This document shows, piece after piece, positions 1 to 12,328 of a stretch of DNA of 64,000 bases (the stretch's first letter is position 1; every line of letters begins with the position of its first letter). The translations under genes were made by a program, and so were the position numbers. Source of the DNA: Sphagnum compactum (taxonomy: Eukaryota); assembly GCA_965153455.1 (NCBI GenBank), contig OZ234493.1:18094213-18158212 (forward strand), written 5' to 3'. Under the pieces are notes generated by a model, which searched no databases, was not told the origin of the DNA, and saw nothing but the letters and a program-made list of their open reading frames with translations.

Positions 1-239
1 CACAGCCTATGCTGTAACAGAAGGCGGCATAAGGCGAATTTGTTACGGGCGCGGCCCTTGCAGCCTATATATATTCTGTAACAGAATGCGGTAAGAGTGG
101 TGTGCTCACGGGCTGCGTTGTAAGCTGTGGCTGAATTGCGCAAGGGCAGGCAGGTGCTTGCTCAGTACAGATCTCGTTGTCGCGGCACCGACCGACCCCG
201 GGCTTGCTTGTCGATCATTCGCGCGCGCAATCCCCGTCG

Positions 240-2243
240 CTACTACTTGTTGCCATATCCCACCGACATCTCTCCATTCGCGTCTCTTGCATCTCGGTTC
301 TCTCTCTCTCTCTCTCTGCTCCCTCTCTCGTGCGTGTTTTGTGTCTCTGGCCCTTCCGTAATCTTCGTCAGAATTGCTCTTGTGGATTCTGCCTTTTCTC
401 CAGCGGAGGAAGGCATATCAAAGCAAGGAACGAGAGGGAGGCATAACAAAAGCAGGGAATTAAGAAGCAGGAGTCGAGAGACGGGCCAAGCAGCGTTGCG
501 GGGAAGCGTAGCATACTTGCATAGCGTAGCGGCTCTTTTCTCGTTTCTCGCACTACACCGTCTCGTCTCGTCTCCTCATCTCATCTGTCGGTAAGTACTT
601 ACACGCTTGCCCTTGTCTTTTTTTCTTCCCAGAATCTCTCTCTCGCTCTCTCGCAATCTCTGTTGTTTTGCCCCGTCTGCGGTCTCTGCTTTCTTCGCAT
701 GGCTCTCTCTGTTTCGGGAAGTTGTTCTTGCGGGGCCGAGGTTACAAGGGCCGGTTTGTGTTGCGTACGTTAGGAGGGCGTCTTCTTGTGTTCTGGCGCC
801 AGATCGTTACTGGAATTCTGTCTTGTGAGGGTTTGATCCCTTGTCTGCTTTTTTGCTGCTAGCATCTGATGGTTGGGGAACGGATCCTGCGAGTTTGTCA
901 CCGTGGTGCGTGTTCGTTTTTTCAGGAACACACACGGACGCCAGGCCTCCCAGTGTACCGGCCGTTGAATCGGGGGAGATCTATCAGTGACAACAGACAC
1001 CAGGTGGTGCTTCATCTTGAAGATTGCCTTGTGTTGTCGGTTTGTTGTTTGTGGGATGTGTGTGGTGATTGTGCGCCAGCAGGCCGGTGTTGTAGTGTGC
1101 AAGATCGATTCAGGTCATATATGTGGAAGAAGATTGTAGTTTTGCAGGATGATGACGCCGTCTCTTTGTAGATTTTGTGCGGGTCATGAGGATATGGAAA
1201 GACCACGCTTTCAGCTTGGTGTTTGGGAGAGGAATTTGCTTAGATTGCCCTGGATGATGAAGTCCTGGACAGTTTGGCTTGTCTGTTGCATACAAGCAGC
1301 ATAGTCTGTCTTGTGAAATACTTCCACTGAAGATCATCTGTTCAGTGTCTCTGAAAGACTTCTCCTAACTTTCATTCCCTTAGTCACTGTCTCTCTCTCG
1401 CTCTCTCAAGTTTGTTTTTATAGGAAATCCGGGATTTTGTATCACCTGACATCAGAGATGAACCTGTTCAGTACCTTTCTTCTTAGATGCTTCTGTAATC
1501 TCCATCTGCCCCCCATGCTCTTGCATCCTTCTGTCCTGGCCTCTTTGATGATGCATAGTTGTAGAGATTTCTGGATGCCTTTGGGAGCTCTTAACAAATC
1601 CGTAGGTCCCATGGCTGGAGTCAGCCTTTGAGGAAGGATGTGGCACCATGATGTGGACTGACTGCCTCCTTCACCACCTTGCTGGTCTTGATAGCACTCC
1701 TCTTGCTCCACCCAAATTTGGCCTGGGGTCTACAGACACAAGGCAAGCAGAGTCTCTGAGGTTGCTCGCTCTCTCTGCAAGAGGAGTTAATGGTATTGTG
1801 TATGTTTTGGTCAAATTATGTGACTATCACTGTTGTTCATATTGCGAATCCCATTGTTCTTTTTGGTCTAATTTGTTCCTTCTGTCTTTTTCTTCTTCTC
1901 AGTTCTTCAGTCCTTCACTGGGTGTTTGAACAAATATTCTCCTTGTCCTGGATTCCTTAATTGTGAGTATGGAAATTTTCTAGATGCTCATGAGAGTTAT
2001 ATTTTTGGTCAAATTTTTAGTGTCATGGTCTGTCTCATTGTGGATGCAGTAAAATGACTTATTATCACAATTATGTGTATAACTCATGACTGTTTTATAA
2101 AAAAATCACACTTCGACTTTATGGTTGCATCTGTTTAAAAATGTGGTCAGACTGCAGTACTTGTGTTTGTTTGGTGCATATTTGTTTCTGCAAGTGACTG
2201 ATGATGTTGTGACTACAGAGCAGGATAGGGAAGGCGAGTCAAG
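240..2243 (+). promoter_or_regulatory. Long spliced 5' leader of the DUF1644 gene (several non-coding exons, uORFs)
   Basis: CT-rich tract at ~297-330. Strong donor G|GTAAGT at 590/591. Candidate acceptors at 925, 1170, 1423, 1902, 2218 and donors at 1003, 1792, 1962. TSS and exon usage are inferred. Confidence 0.55.
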
Positions 2244-3500
2244 ATGCCCAAGGATCCTAGCAGCCGCTCTCTGTTGTCACCAAAGTCACAGGGTGTGCTG
2301 TATAACCCTTATTCCAGTTATGGCAGGGGAGTGGGAAGTTCCTCAAAGTTTGTGGAAGAGAGTGAGTGGAGGAAAGAGTGGGAGGAGGCCACTTGCCCCA
2401 TTTGTATGGAGCATCCACACAATGCAGTTTTGCTGATCTGTACATCCCATGACAAGGGATGTCGCCCATATATTTGTGACACCAGCTATCGACACTCTAA
2501 CTGCCTTGACCAATACAGAAAAGCTCATGAGTCTTCAGGCAAGGCTGTAGACAGGGCATTAGGTGGAGCTTCCAGCTTCTTGAGCCCAGATAGATTGCCT
2601 CAAGAGCCACTGACAATGGATGTGGGAAGAACTCTAGGAATAGTAACAGGAATCTCAGTGGCAGGGAGCGAGAGATTGGTGGAGGATCATGTGGAGGGTG
2701 AGATGTCCATAACACCATTAGGGTTGGCTATGCAGGGCCTTACTGTGAGAGGTGCTGAGTATATGAGTGGAGGATCCTCCATGGATGGTGATTTGGGAAG
2801 AGATGGTGCTGACGGAAGTGTTTCATCAGAGCTCTTACAAGGAGTTGCATCAGGAACAGAGGCTGATGCAGGGGACTTGCTTTGTCCACTTTGCAGAGGT
2901 AAAGTGGAAGGGTGGAGGGTTGTGGATGCTGCCCGGCAGCATCTCAATTGCAAGATACGGACCTGTGCACAGGAAGCTTGTGGATTTAGTGGGCCTTATG
3001 AGGAGCTGCGAAAGCATGCAAGGGGCATGCACCCATCAGCTCGTCCATCTGATGTGGATCCTGCAAGGCAACGGGACTGGCGGCGACTGGAGCGGCAAAG
3101 GGATCTAGGGGATGTGCTGAGCACCATACAGTCAGCAATGCCAGGAGCCACAGTTCTGGGGGACTATGTGATAGATGGTGATGATGAAGATGATGAAGAT
3201 GAGGAGGATGGAAGTGGTTTTCCCAGTGATGAAGGGAACTGGTGGACAGTGTTTTTGTTGTGTCAGGTGTTTGGGCCATCAATGGCAGGGGGCCGAGGAG
3301 TGCCATCTAGGGTCAGAGGAAGGTACCGGCATTATGGAAACAGCCTCAGGGGGCCAATGTGGGGGGAGAATTTGCAAGGTAGCAACAGTAGTGGGACGCA
3401 AAGTAATGGGCTGGGGACTAATGCTAATGTGGAGGGAGGAACAGGGTCAACAAGTCGTAGGCGGAGGAGCCGGCATCGAGGAAGAGGGGATGTGTTGTAG
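2244..3500 (+). CDS. DUF1644-family protein (two Cys/His zinc-finger-like clusters, acidic patch, basic C-terminus), 418 aa, single coding exon
   Basis: Intact ORF with the plant DUF1644 signature EWEEATCPICMEHPHNAVLLICTSHDKGCRPYICDTSYRHSNCLDQ, then LLCPLCRGKVEGWRVVDAARQHLN..RTC..E.CGFSGPYEELRKHAR..HP.ARPSDVDP.RQRDWRRLERQRDLGDVLSTI...MPGA.VLGDYVI. Confidence 0.95.
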   Translation: MPKDPSSRSLLSPKSQGVLYNPYSSYGRGVGSSSKFVEESEWRKEWEEATCPICMEHPHNAVLLICTSHDKGCRPYICDTSYRHSNCLDQYRKAHESSGKAVDRALGGASSFLSPDRLPQEPLTMDVGRTLGIVTGISVAGSERLVEDHVEGEMSITPLGLAMQGLTVRGAEYMSGGSSMDGDLGRDGADGSVSSELLQGVASGTEADAGDLLCPLCRGKVEGWRVVDAARQHLNCKIRTCAQEACGFSGPYEELRKHARGMHPSARPSDVDPARQRDWRRLERQRDLGDVLSTIQSAMPGATVLGDYVIDGDDEDDEDEEDGSGFPSDEGNWWTVFLLCQVFGPSMAGGRGVPSRVRGRYRHYGNSLRGPMWGENLQGSNSSGTQSNGLGTNANVEGGTGSTSRRRRSRHRGRGDVL

Positions 3501-5075
3501 TGGTGCCAGTTCTTCTCTGTTTTTCACAGAGTAGATTTCTCCATCCTCAATGACAAAGTGTTTAGAATCTCATCAGTGACTTGAAAATTGCAGAACAAAG
3601 GCAAAGATCTGTTTCATACTGCAATATACACTCTTGGGTGTCCTCCCAGTTTGGGTATTTAGCATTTTGGCAAGGGCAGTTTTCTCTCTTTTATATAATT
3701 GACAGTCTTTGATGATCACTGTCATCCTTCTGGGTGTCTACCTTCATGGGAAGGCCCATCTAGGAAAGGCCAGAAAAACAATATGCCAGAATTTCCTTGC
3801 AATTCAGGTGCCTAATTTTAGGGTTAATTGTTCAGTTGAAAGCTTGAAAGGTGAAAGAATTCTTGTAAACATTTTCCTGATCTCAGAGGTTGTTCTGTCA
3901 TGAGTTTTGAACTGTTTTGACTCAAGACAGGTTTTAGCCATGAAGGCTGATGAGCACATGTAGTTGTGGGACCCTGACTGATGGTGTCTCTTTTCTAAAG
4001 ACAAAAGTTCTTGCCGGGGGCATCCAGCAACTTTATATTCTTATTAATGGAAATGCACATGTTTTTCTAACAAAGACCAACATGAGGCTTTGTGGTTTTG
4101 TTTCTGAAATGAGGTCATTGTGTAAGTTGAGATAGAATAAGTCCCTGCTGCTTCTGCTAGTCTTATTTGTTCTACCCTTCTGCATTTTTCTTCAACCTAG
4201 TTCTTGAGTGCTTTTGTTCATACTGTAAGTCTGTTGCTCTTTGTTCTACCCTTCAATGTTTCTCTTGAACTGCTAGTCTATTTGTTCTTTCTTCTACCCT
4301 TTCTGTACTTTTCCTTTTCCCAGTTCTGAAGTCCATAGCTGGAAAATCTTTCTTTGGCTTCAAGGAAAGGTTCTCCCCTTGTTCCAGCTTTCTTAATTTT
4401 GAGTATGGAAATTTTTTGTTTCTCACAAGAGTTATTTTGGTTCTGAAATGTCTCAATGTTCATCAAGGTTGCAGGCTAAACAGTCTAAGGAGCTGCTTGA
4501 AAATTAAGATGTGTAAGCAATGAATCAGATGACTGTTAGTTTTTGCAATGGGCTCCTTTGTATGGACAGGAGGTTTAGGAGTCCTCTTGCATAGAAGTTT
4601 ACTGGAACTAAACTCTTTTGAGATAAATGGCTGTTACTGATATCAGCCACTTGGAAACCTTCTTCTGTCTCCTTATGTCAGTCAATGGATCCTCTGCACT
4701 GTCAAAACACTTGCTCAATATTTTACTTCTAATGCTAAATAGAGATTGGAAATGCACATTCTTTCTTGCACTGTTTCACTGTGTATTTCATTGTTGTTTA
4801 GCCATCTCAAAGCCATCAAAGTCCTATTAAAGAGACTCAATTAAATATCTTACAAAGTGGAGGAGGGGGCTTATGTGCCTTTCAATTGCTGCGAGCCCAT
4901 AACTAAAGTATCACTGCTACTTGGAGCTTCAGGAGAAAGGACTTACTTTGGTACACATCACAAGGGACCAAGTTTTGGGTCGATTTTTTTGAGGATTTTG
5001 GGAGGGTGGGTGCTGGACATGAAGAAAAGCTTACTTTTTTCTGTTTTTTTCCCATGTCTGTTTGAATCCTAGACT

Positions 5076-8000
5076 CTACACTTCTTGATATTGTACACGC
5101 CAGGCAAGTAGATCTCTTTTGGTTTTCTCCACTAGCTCCTTCCGTCGTTTCTCTGCATTGTCATCCTCCCTTGGTGGCAGTGGCAAATGCTTTTGCGCGG
5201 TGCACATTACCATCTCTGTGTTCTCATCCTCCCTTGATGGAAGGAGTGAATGTTTTTTCACAGTGCACATTGCCATCTCCAGAGTGTCATCCTGCCTTGG
5301 TAGCAGTGGTAAATATTTTTGCACAGTGCACATTGCCATCTCCGCATTGTCATTCTCTCCTGGTGGTGGTGATTGTTTTAGCACTGTCCACATTGTCATC
5401 TCCCCATTGCCATGCCCCCCTGCTGGTGGTGAGTGTTTTTGCACACTGGTGCACATTTCTGTGACATCCTGCACAGCAGCTTCCACAATCTCCTCCAAAA
5501 TCATATCTGCAAATTGAAAGCCGACCTCCCCAATCTCAACACTGAAATCCAGCCACTGAAATTCCTTCCGTGTGTAGTCCTTCTGGAGAATTGCGTACAG
5601 GGCATCATACGCATCTACTAAAGGGCAATGTAGATCTTGTAACTCATCCCAAACCTCTTGAACCAGTTGCTGGCCAGCAGGCTTTCTTCCCAAGTATGGT
5701 TTCCCCCATGGCTGGGGGCTTAAAAATGGTTCAATCCGTCTTCTGAGAATTTCATTCACACAATCAAATAACAGGTGCTGGTCCACACCCTGTTTATACA
5801 TCCTCTCCTGTTTCCTTCCTTGCTCTCCATTCTCCAATCTTACTGATTCTTTCAGCTGAAAGTGATCCTCTGTTTCTGTGTAGATGTCATCAATACACTT
5901 CTTGTTGGCCTTTGCATTGATGCCTGAGCTCACCTCTTCTGTAAGTCCAGACATGACTAGTAGATCATTCACATATGCACGCTCCTCACTTTGGTTCTCA
6001 AGGTAGCTTCCAGCATTCATCACTCTCTCCTCCCTCTCCACAAGGACTGGCAGTTGTAACTTAATATCACATCTGCTGAGATAATCCTCTTGGTCCTCAA
6101 GGTCCCGTGACCAAACAACTTCTGACTGTGAAATGCATATTTTCTCCACAGCTTCAGTTCCAAAAAGTGTCAACTTTTCTGCTACAGGTGAACAAATAGC
6201 TTCCACAGCATTGTAAGACCTGTCTGTCTCTGTTGATTGCAGGTTCCCTACACACAACACAAGGGAAAAAAAACTCATCTCAGGTGGCAACCCAATCCAC
6301 ACAACAGGCCTCAAACATACACATCCAAGCTCCATCTCACACATGCATTTCAAGTAGAACAAAACAGATCTTTGTTCAAAGGTTAGAATGTCGATCCTCA
6401 CCTTCATCATGGATGAAGGCACTTGATTGCACAGACTTGGGACTCAATGATGATTCCTCTTCCTGAAAACTGACAGTCTCAAGCACTGACACAGGACTCG
6501 CATGGTTAGTCCCATCATCCAAATGCCCAACCTCCTCTATGCATTCCTGTTTGAGCAATGAGAGCTCTTCTGAAAGCTCTTGAATCTCAACCTGCACATG
6601 CCAGCAATCATCTCTAAGGTCCAGTTCACAAGGGAACTCCAAGATCTCTAGCTTAGTAGACTTCAGGTTCACTCACATCCCTAAACCACAAGCAATCAAA
6701 ACCACAGGAGAAACTGTTCTCAAAGTGGGGCAACTTGCCTTTGCATCTTGGCTGCCATCAATTGAGCAACCTGATGAACTAATGTGGATAATTAGTGCAG
6801 AGGCACCTTCTCCACCCTGATTGATAGCTTTGCTCACTTCTGGAGTTACCAGGAACTGTGACTCCTGCTCCTCTTCCATGACCTTTGTGGGCTTTGCTCC
6901 AATACTTCGTGGAGTTAAACTTAATGGAGAGGCAGCAATGGATTCGCTTGTTTCCAGAGGGGTTGCTTGGTCAACTATCAAATGTGATCCTCGATCATCA
7001 CTCAACATATGATCTGAGTTCAGTGTGTTTGAATGGAAATGGCAATTGTCTGCCTTTGTTGGGGAAACCACTGCCGGAATATCTGGTGAATGTGATGATC
7101 TTGTCTTCCGTCTAGAGTGGCTTGATTTGCCTGATTTCCGCCTATGTCGAAGAAGATCCACCTCCAGAGGAACTTTGCATGAAGACTCCTGATTTGCAGA
7201 GGGCAGTCGAATCAAAGCTCTCTGAGGATAGGAAGAATCAGGATTTCCTTCCAATCTACTGTCCCCAAGAATGCTGATTGTGTCTCTATCATCACCACCC
7301 CTCCTAATTAACCCATAATCATGGGACGGGGACCTTGCTGGTGCTCTTGACTTTGTTTTGTCTTCTGATGCCGGCCTTTCATTCTCTTCATGAAGTCTTT
7401 CCCTCTCAAAAATCCCAATGGCACTTTTACCATAGGCTCTTGAATCTGGAAAGACTGGACCCCTGGACGTTAATGAGGTATGCTCTTGTCCATGGAGAGG
7501 AGGCACTGACAGTGAGGCATTTAGACCAAACCCTATGTCAAGTGTTGCAAACTTAGAAGAAGCTCTGGCTTTTCGTCGTGCTCTCCTTGAATTTCTCAAA
7601 CCTCCGGCTCTCTCCTCTGAATTGTAGTGATCAGATGGAACTTGAGGATTAGTCCTCAACGATGGATTAGGTCCCAATGGCCTACTTCTATTCAAAGGCC
7701 AGCCAGTTGCACTCCAACCCCTGTCAGAGAAGATTCATTACCATAAATGCCAGTAGGAAAGAACATCGCATATTTACATCAGCTACATGAGCAAAATAAC
7801 ATGTCAAACAAGGATTTGTGCCACAATTCAACCTGTGTAGAATTTGACCAATATTGATCCACAGTGAGGATTTTGTTTCTGACCCCTCTCCAGCACCAAA
7901 GTAAATAGAAAAGATAGACACAAACATAACAAACTAAACAGAAAAGATACAAGGTGAGATTCTTGGTGAAGCCACAAGACAGGACCAAATGTGCTGAGAC

Positions 8001-11000
8001 CAACCAGAAAGATAGAGAAACATACTCATTGCTGCTGCTCTCGCTGCTTTCACTGCTCTTCTCTCTATAACTGCCAGCATGAGGTGTTAATGTTACTGTT
8101 GACTTCCTGGAGCCACCCCAGCTAGGCATGTTCTCAACATCTCTTGTCTGGTGCAAGGGCGAGAGAGCAATAGGAATAGGAGTAGCGGTTTGATGGCCGA
8201 GGGGTTTCATTACCACAATGGAGGCCTCCCCACTGTGATTGACTTCCAAACTTGCTTCTTTCTGAAGCTTATTGTCCTCCTTCCTCATGTTTTGGAATTC
8301 CAGGATGTCCTGGTACTCCAGACCCAAGCGCTCTAATCTTGCCAAATTGGATGCCATGGAAGATGACATCTGCTTTGCTTCTCGGGATGGTGACTGTGCA
8401 TCTTGTAGTGTTCGTTGCATTCTGGCAGACTTTGCATTGAGATTATCCTTGTTGTGTGACTGGTGCAATAGGCCCTTGAGATACATGGCCTCCAAGATTT
8501 GCCTTAGTGTCTTGCGTTCCTGGATGGCATTCTTGAGACACAGCTGGTGTAACTGTTGGTCCATATCACCATAAAGCAGTCCTTCACTGTGGTGATGTCC
8601 TTTCTTTGACTTTTTCAATACAAAAGGCATTGCTTCCACTTGAAGATGCTTGGGGGACATAGGCTGCTTGGGATATGGTTTTTGTCCACCCTTCTCCTCT
8701 TGCTGCCTTAGGTCAGAAGCTTTTTGCTGCAGCTGCCTGTGCTCGATTTTGTACAGGTCTCCTTCATGTTGCCCAGGAGCAGGTGAAGAAGACCTTGACC
8801 TTGACCTCGGCCTTGAGTTCACCTTCACTTTTGCTTTTGGCAGGGAGACTTGTCGAGATTTTGCAGAGATTTCCTTCAGCTGCTGGGCTACCTGACTCAG
8901 ATGGCTATGCAACCTATCCTGGTCTGAGGCTGGTGATTCAGGCTCTACTAGTGGAGTTGAGTTTACCAAGTTGTGCAAGGATTTTCCCATTCTTGAAGAA
9001 GCATTTTCTGAAGGAGAGACTAGATCAGAATCAGGAGGGAGCATTTCAAGACCCATTAAGCGGGCTACAACACTTTGTCCTCGCCTCCTACTTTCTACAG
9101 AAGAATTACTCATCATGGAGCTACTTTTCACTCGAGATATTGCTTGAGGGGAGGAGTTGCCCATAGAGGCCCTGGGGGATTGAAAACTGCTGGCTCGTGG
9201 TTCATCTCTACCATCAAACAACGGTAGTGGTGTACTAGACTGATACTTCCTACTGTCAACAGACAAGTGAGACGTAAAAGATGAGAGATGTGCTTGGTCC
9301 CTTCTCTCTACCGAATTCCGAGATGTATCCCTCCAGTCCTGAGAGTCCCTGAAATCAATATCCCTCATTGATCCCTTAAAATCCTGAGATTGTCGAGTTG
9401 CATGATTGCTCTCCATGGAGTACTGTCCTGGCTCCTTATCAGAAGAAGACCTGTGTGAATGCCTGCTGGTGATGCAATTATAGAAGTCCTCTGCAGCTAA
9501 CTGGGGTCCTTTCCTCCACTGTTGTGCCAACCTGGCAAGATCTCTGATATCAGTTGTACTCCGTGGACTCCACTCCACTGAATTTCGAGACACATCCCTC
9601 GAGGGCTTCTCAGAAGTTCTCTGAGACTCCATGAAGTCAATAGTCCTCATTGCTTCCTCAAAATCCTGCAACTGTGAATGTGCATGCCTGCTTTCTGAAG
9701 AGTATTTACCTGTTTCCTTGACAATAGGAGACCTGTGTGGTGGATCCCCACTGATCCCAACATGGTGTGGATCCTGCTGTACAATTGCTTTCGAAACCCT
9801 CCTCCATTCTTGTGCTAATTTGGCAAGTTCTCTGATATCAGCTGGATTTCCCTGACTCACCTCAACAGATCTTCGAGAGGAATCCCTCCAGGACTTCTCA
9901 GAACTGTGCTGAGAAGGTGACTCCTTGATTTCATTTGCCCTTATTGATTCCTTGTAACCCTGAGATAGTGGCACTGCATGACTACTCTCTGCAAGGAATT
10001 GACCTGCCTCCCTGAAGGGAGAAGGCTGGTGCAAATCCCTAGTCACACTAGAACGGTGTGGATCCTCCTCTACAGATGACTGAGTACCCTTCCTCCATTG
10101 TTGTGGTGCCAACTTGGCATGATCTCTGATGTCAGCAACATTCTCCAAACTCACAGCTGCTTTTGGGTCAAAATGATTAATATCAACTGAACTTGGCGGA
10201 AAATCCCTGCTATTGTCCAATGGCACCCTTGACTTTTCCTTTCTCTTTGTTGCAGTGGAGACACCCCTCATATCCCTAGGTGGAAGGTTCCATCCTTCTT
10301 TGCTGGAATATTTAGCATTGACAGAATCTCTGGAAAATGTGGAAGTTTCAAATAGACTTGCAGCAGTGTTATATGCTTGTTGGCCCTGTTCATTAGCAGA
10401 TTTGCTGCTTCCATGTGGAGATTCATCCCGTGCATCAGGGAAAACATAGGGTCTTGGTTTAGAGTCAAGGGAGAGACGAGAAACTTGCAGCTTTTGTTCT
10501 GCCACTCGTTGGAGCTCCCCCAAAATTGATAAGGAGTCTGATGATACAACCTCACTGTTGTCTATAGAAGCCCTCTGCAGATCGACTGAGTTCCTTGAGA
10601 TTTGTGCCTGTTTGTGAGGATGCTCAGCAGGATCATAAGCAACTCTTTGTGCTGGATCATGGAACTGCAGGACCCAAAAAAAAGAAAAGGTCAATGATCT
10701 GTCTTGTTTCCACAACTCTCAAGTCCAACAATTCCCAACTTGCACATTGCAAAACATGACTACCCTTGGCCATTAAAGAGACAAAAGGCTTAATAAGTAG
10801 GTACCCACCAACACAACCCAACACACAATTTGAGAATGATCGGACTGCAACAATTACACCTTTCCAAACACCTAAATGACAAAGATTTCTGATAAGCATA
10901 TTCTGTTGTCAGTAAACTGCACTTGCTATTTGCCTTATCGAAAGCAATGCTCATAGAAATAAGTCAAGGTAAGCAGAAGGCAAAAGCACAAGGGAAGAAG

Positions 11001-11274
11001 AGGATCTGACCATATAGTAGGTGGGGGCAGCAGCATTGGCTTTAGGACCTGGTTCCTCTGCACAATCCAACACAGCAATTGGATTACTAAGAGATGAAGA
11101 GTCCAGGATTTCTCATAGAAAGAAACACCCAAGGATTGCATGGTGGTTGCACCCAATAAAACTAGAGGAGTGGTGTGAGGGCATACCGTTGTCATTATTG
11201 TTGTTGGTTTTGTTGTTCTTGGTGCCATTCTTGCGACCCTTATGCCATCCAAATATCTGAAAGATCCCTGTCAT
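5076..11274 (-). CDS. LONGIFOLIA / TON1-recruiting-motif (TRM) family protein with VARLMGL (DUF3741-associated) motif and C-terminal DUF4378; ~1723 aa
   Basis: Model complement(join(11187..11274,11011..11111,8026..10664,6739..7720,6402..6591,5076..6247)) = 5172 nt with all junctions in phase. Motifs: MTGIFQIFG (N-terminal), SVVARLMGLE, LRQILEAM..KGLLH, SIVVMKP, SPVSVLE, ERAYVNDLLVMSGL, HLLFDCVNEIL, QQLVQEVW, WLDFSVEIGEVG. The true start could lie in an unrecognised upstream exon. Confidence 0.88.
5150..5458 (-). repeat. Coding minisatellite: five 60-63 bp units (20-21 aa, approx. MCTVQKHxPxxxREDDNxEM) at the TRM C-terminus
   Basis: Directly visible in the translation: MCTSVQKHSPPAGGHGNGEM / TMWTVLKQSPPPGENDNAEM / AMCTVQKYLPLLPRQDDTLEM / AMCTVKKHSLLPSREDENTEM / VMCTAQKHLPLPPREDDNAEK. 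Confidence 0.9.
9300..10140 (-). repeat. Three diverged ~96-98 aa internal repeats in the large TRM exon
   Basis: Units begin ADIRDHAKLAPQQWRK (~10136), ADIRELAKLAQEWRR (~9842) and TDIRDLARLAQQWRK (~9554). Each ends in a RD(S/V/T)SR(R/N)SVE motif. Spacing is ~294 and ~288 nt. Confidence 0.85.
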
Positions 11275-11720
11275 AGCCCTTGTTTCTTTCACAGCATTGA
11301 AATAATCTTCCAGCTGTTGCTCCTCTGAGACAAAGTGTTGTGCTTCTGGTGGCCAGTTTTTCTGCTTGCTTGCAGCTACGAGGGCTTATCACAATAGCAC
11401 AATGGCCTCACTTCCCTCCCATCTAGAGACATTGCTCTGTGGTTCAAAGCATCAAATCCACCACCACAACCCTGCACATATAACAATGGCGATCGATGCA
11501 TGTTCAAGCTACATACGAAATGGAAACAGCTTGAAATCTGAAAACCCTGGCTTGAACATTACTCTACTTGAGCACAAATCCAAAGCAGCAGCAGCATGAC
11601 ATTAGTAAAGGTTCAACCTTTCTGCTTCAAATTTCAGAATGAGAGAGATCTGCTGGAATGTCACCAAGGCAGAGGTTTTTTCGCCTGAATTTCAGACCAG
11701 TCAAGCTGAAGTATTACCGT

Positions 11721-11852
11721 TGCTTTACACACTTGCTTGATTGGTTTGCTTCTCTCATTGCTTCTTGTTTCCTGGCAGGAGGAGTTTGCTTCGCACGCTT
11801 GCTTGATTAGTTGCTTCTCTCATAACTTCTTGTTTCCTGGTAGGAGGAGTTT
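11721..11852. repeat. 66-bp tandem duplication in the probable TRM 5' leader exon
   Basis: tgctttacacacttgcttgattggtttgcttctctcattgcttcttgtttcctggcaggaggagtt is followed by a near-identical copy starting at 11787. A minus-strand donor G|GTAATA lies at ~11717. Confidence 0.85.
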
Positions 11853-12328
11853 TCATCTTGTCATTCCCCTTTCACAACAACAAAAACAAAACAAGAAAGA
11901 AAAGGCGAAAACAAAGCCTTCACTCTACCACGAAGCAAAGAAAAACAGAAGCTTCCACACAAATTACGATTCCAATCACACGACAACAAACAAAAGATCT
12001 CCCGCTAAAAACAACCACTTGCATCTATCTTGTTTCCTATAAAAATCCCTCACAGACAGACATAGCGACATTCAAACACACACTCCAAACACACAAAAAA
12101 AGATTATTATTATGCCACCGCATGGAACCAAACCACAGCGCCCAGACACACAGACACACAGTAGTAGTCTCCTACTTCTTCTTGTTCTCCCCACACTCAA
12201 ACCCAACAACATTCAAACAACTTCGCACCAAAAGCGCTACCTACTACTATAAAAGTGTCTCCATCTCTCCTCGAACGACACAGCAGCGAGCAACGACAAA
12301 ACATGTAGCACGCGAGACAGCAGCATCT

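Noticed and set aside
127-1171. ORFs of 100-155 aa at the window start
   Set aside because: They run through CT microsatellites and splice sites of the DUF1644 leader, and their composition is not protein-like.
5076-10715. ORFs 5076..6422, 6376..6672, 6673..7695 and 7779..10715 as separate genes
   Set aside because: They are exons of one TRM gene; their extra termini are intron read-through.
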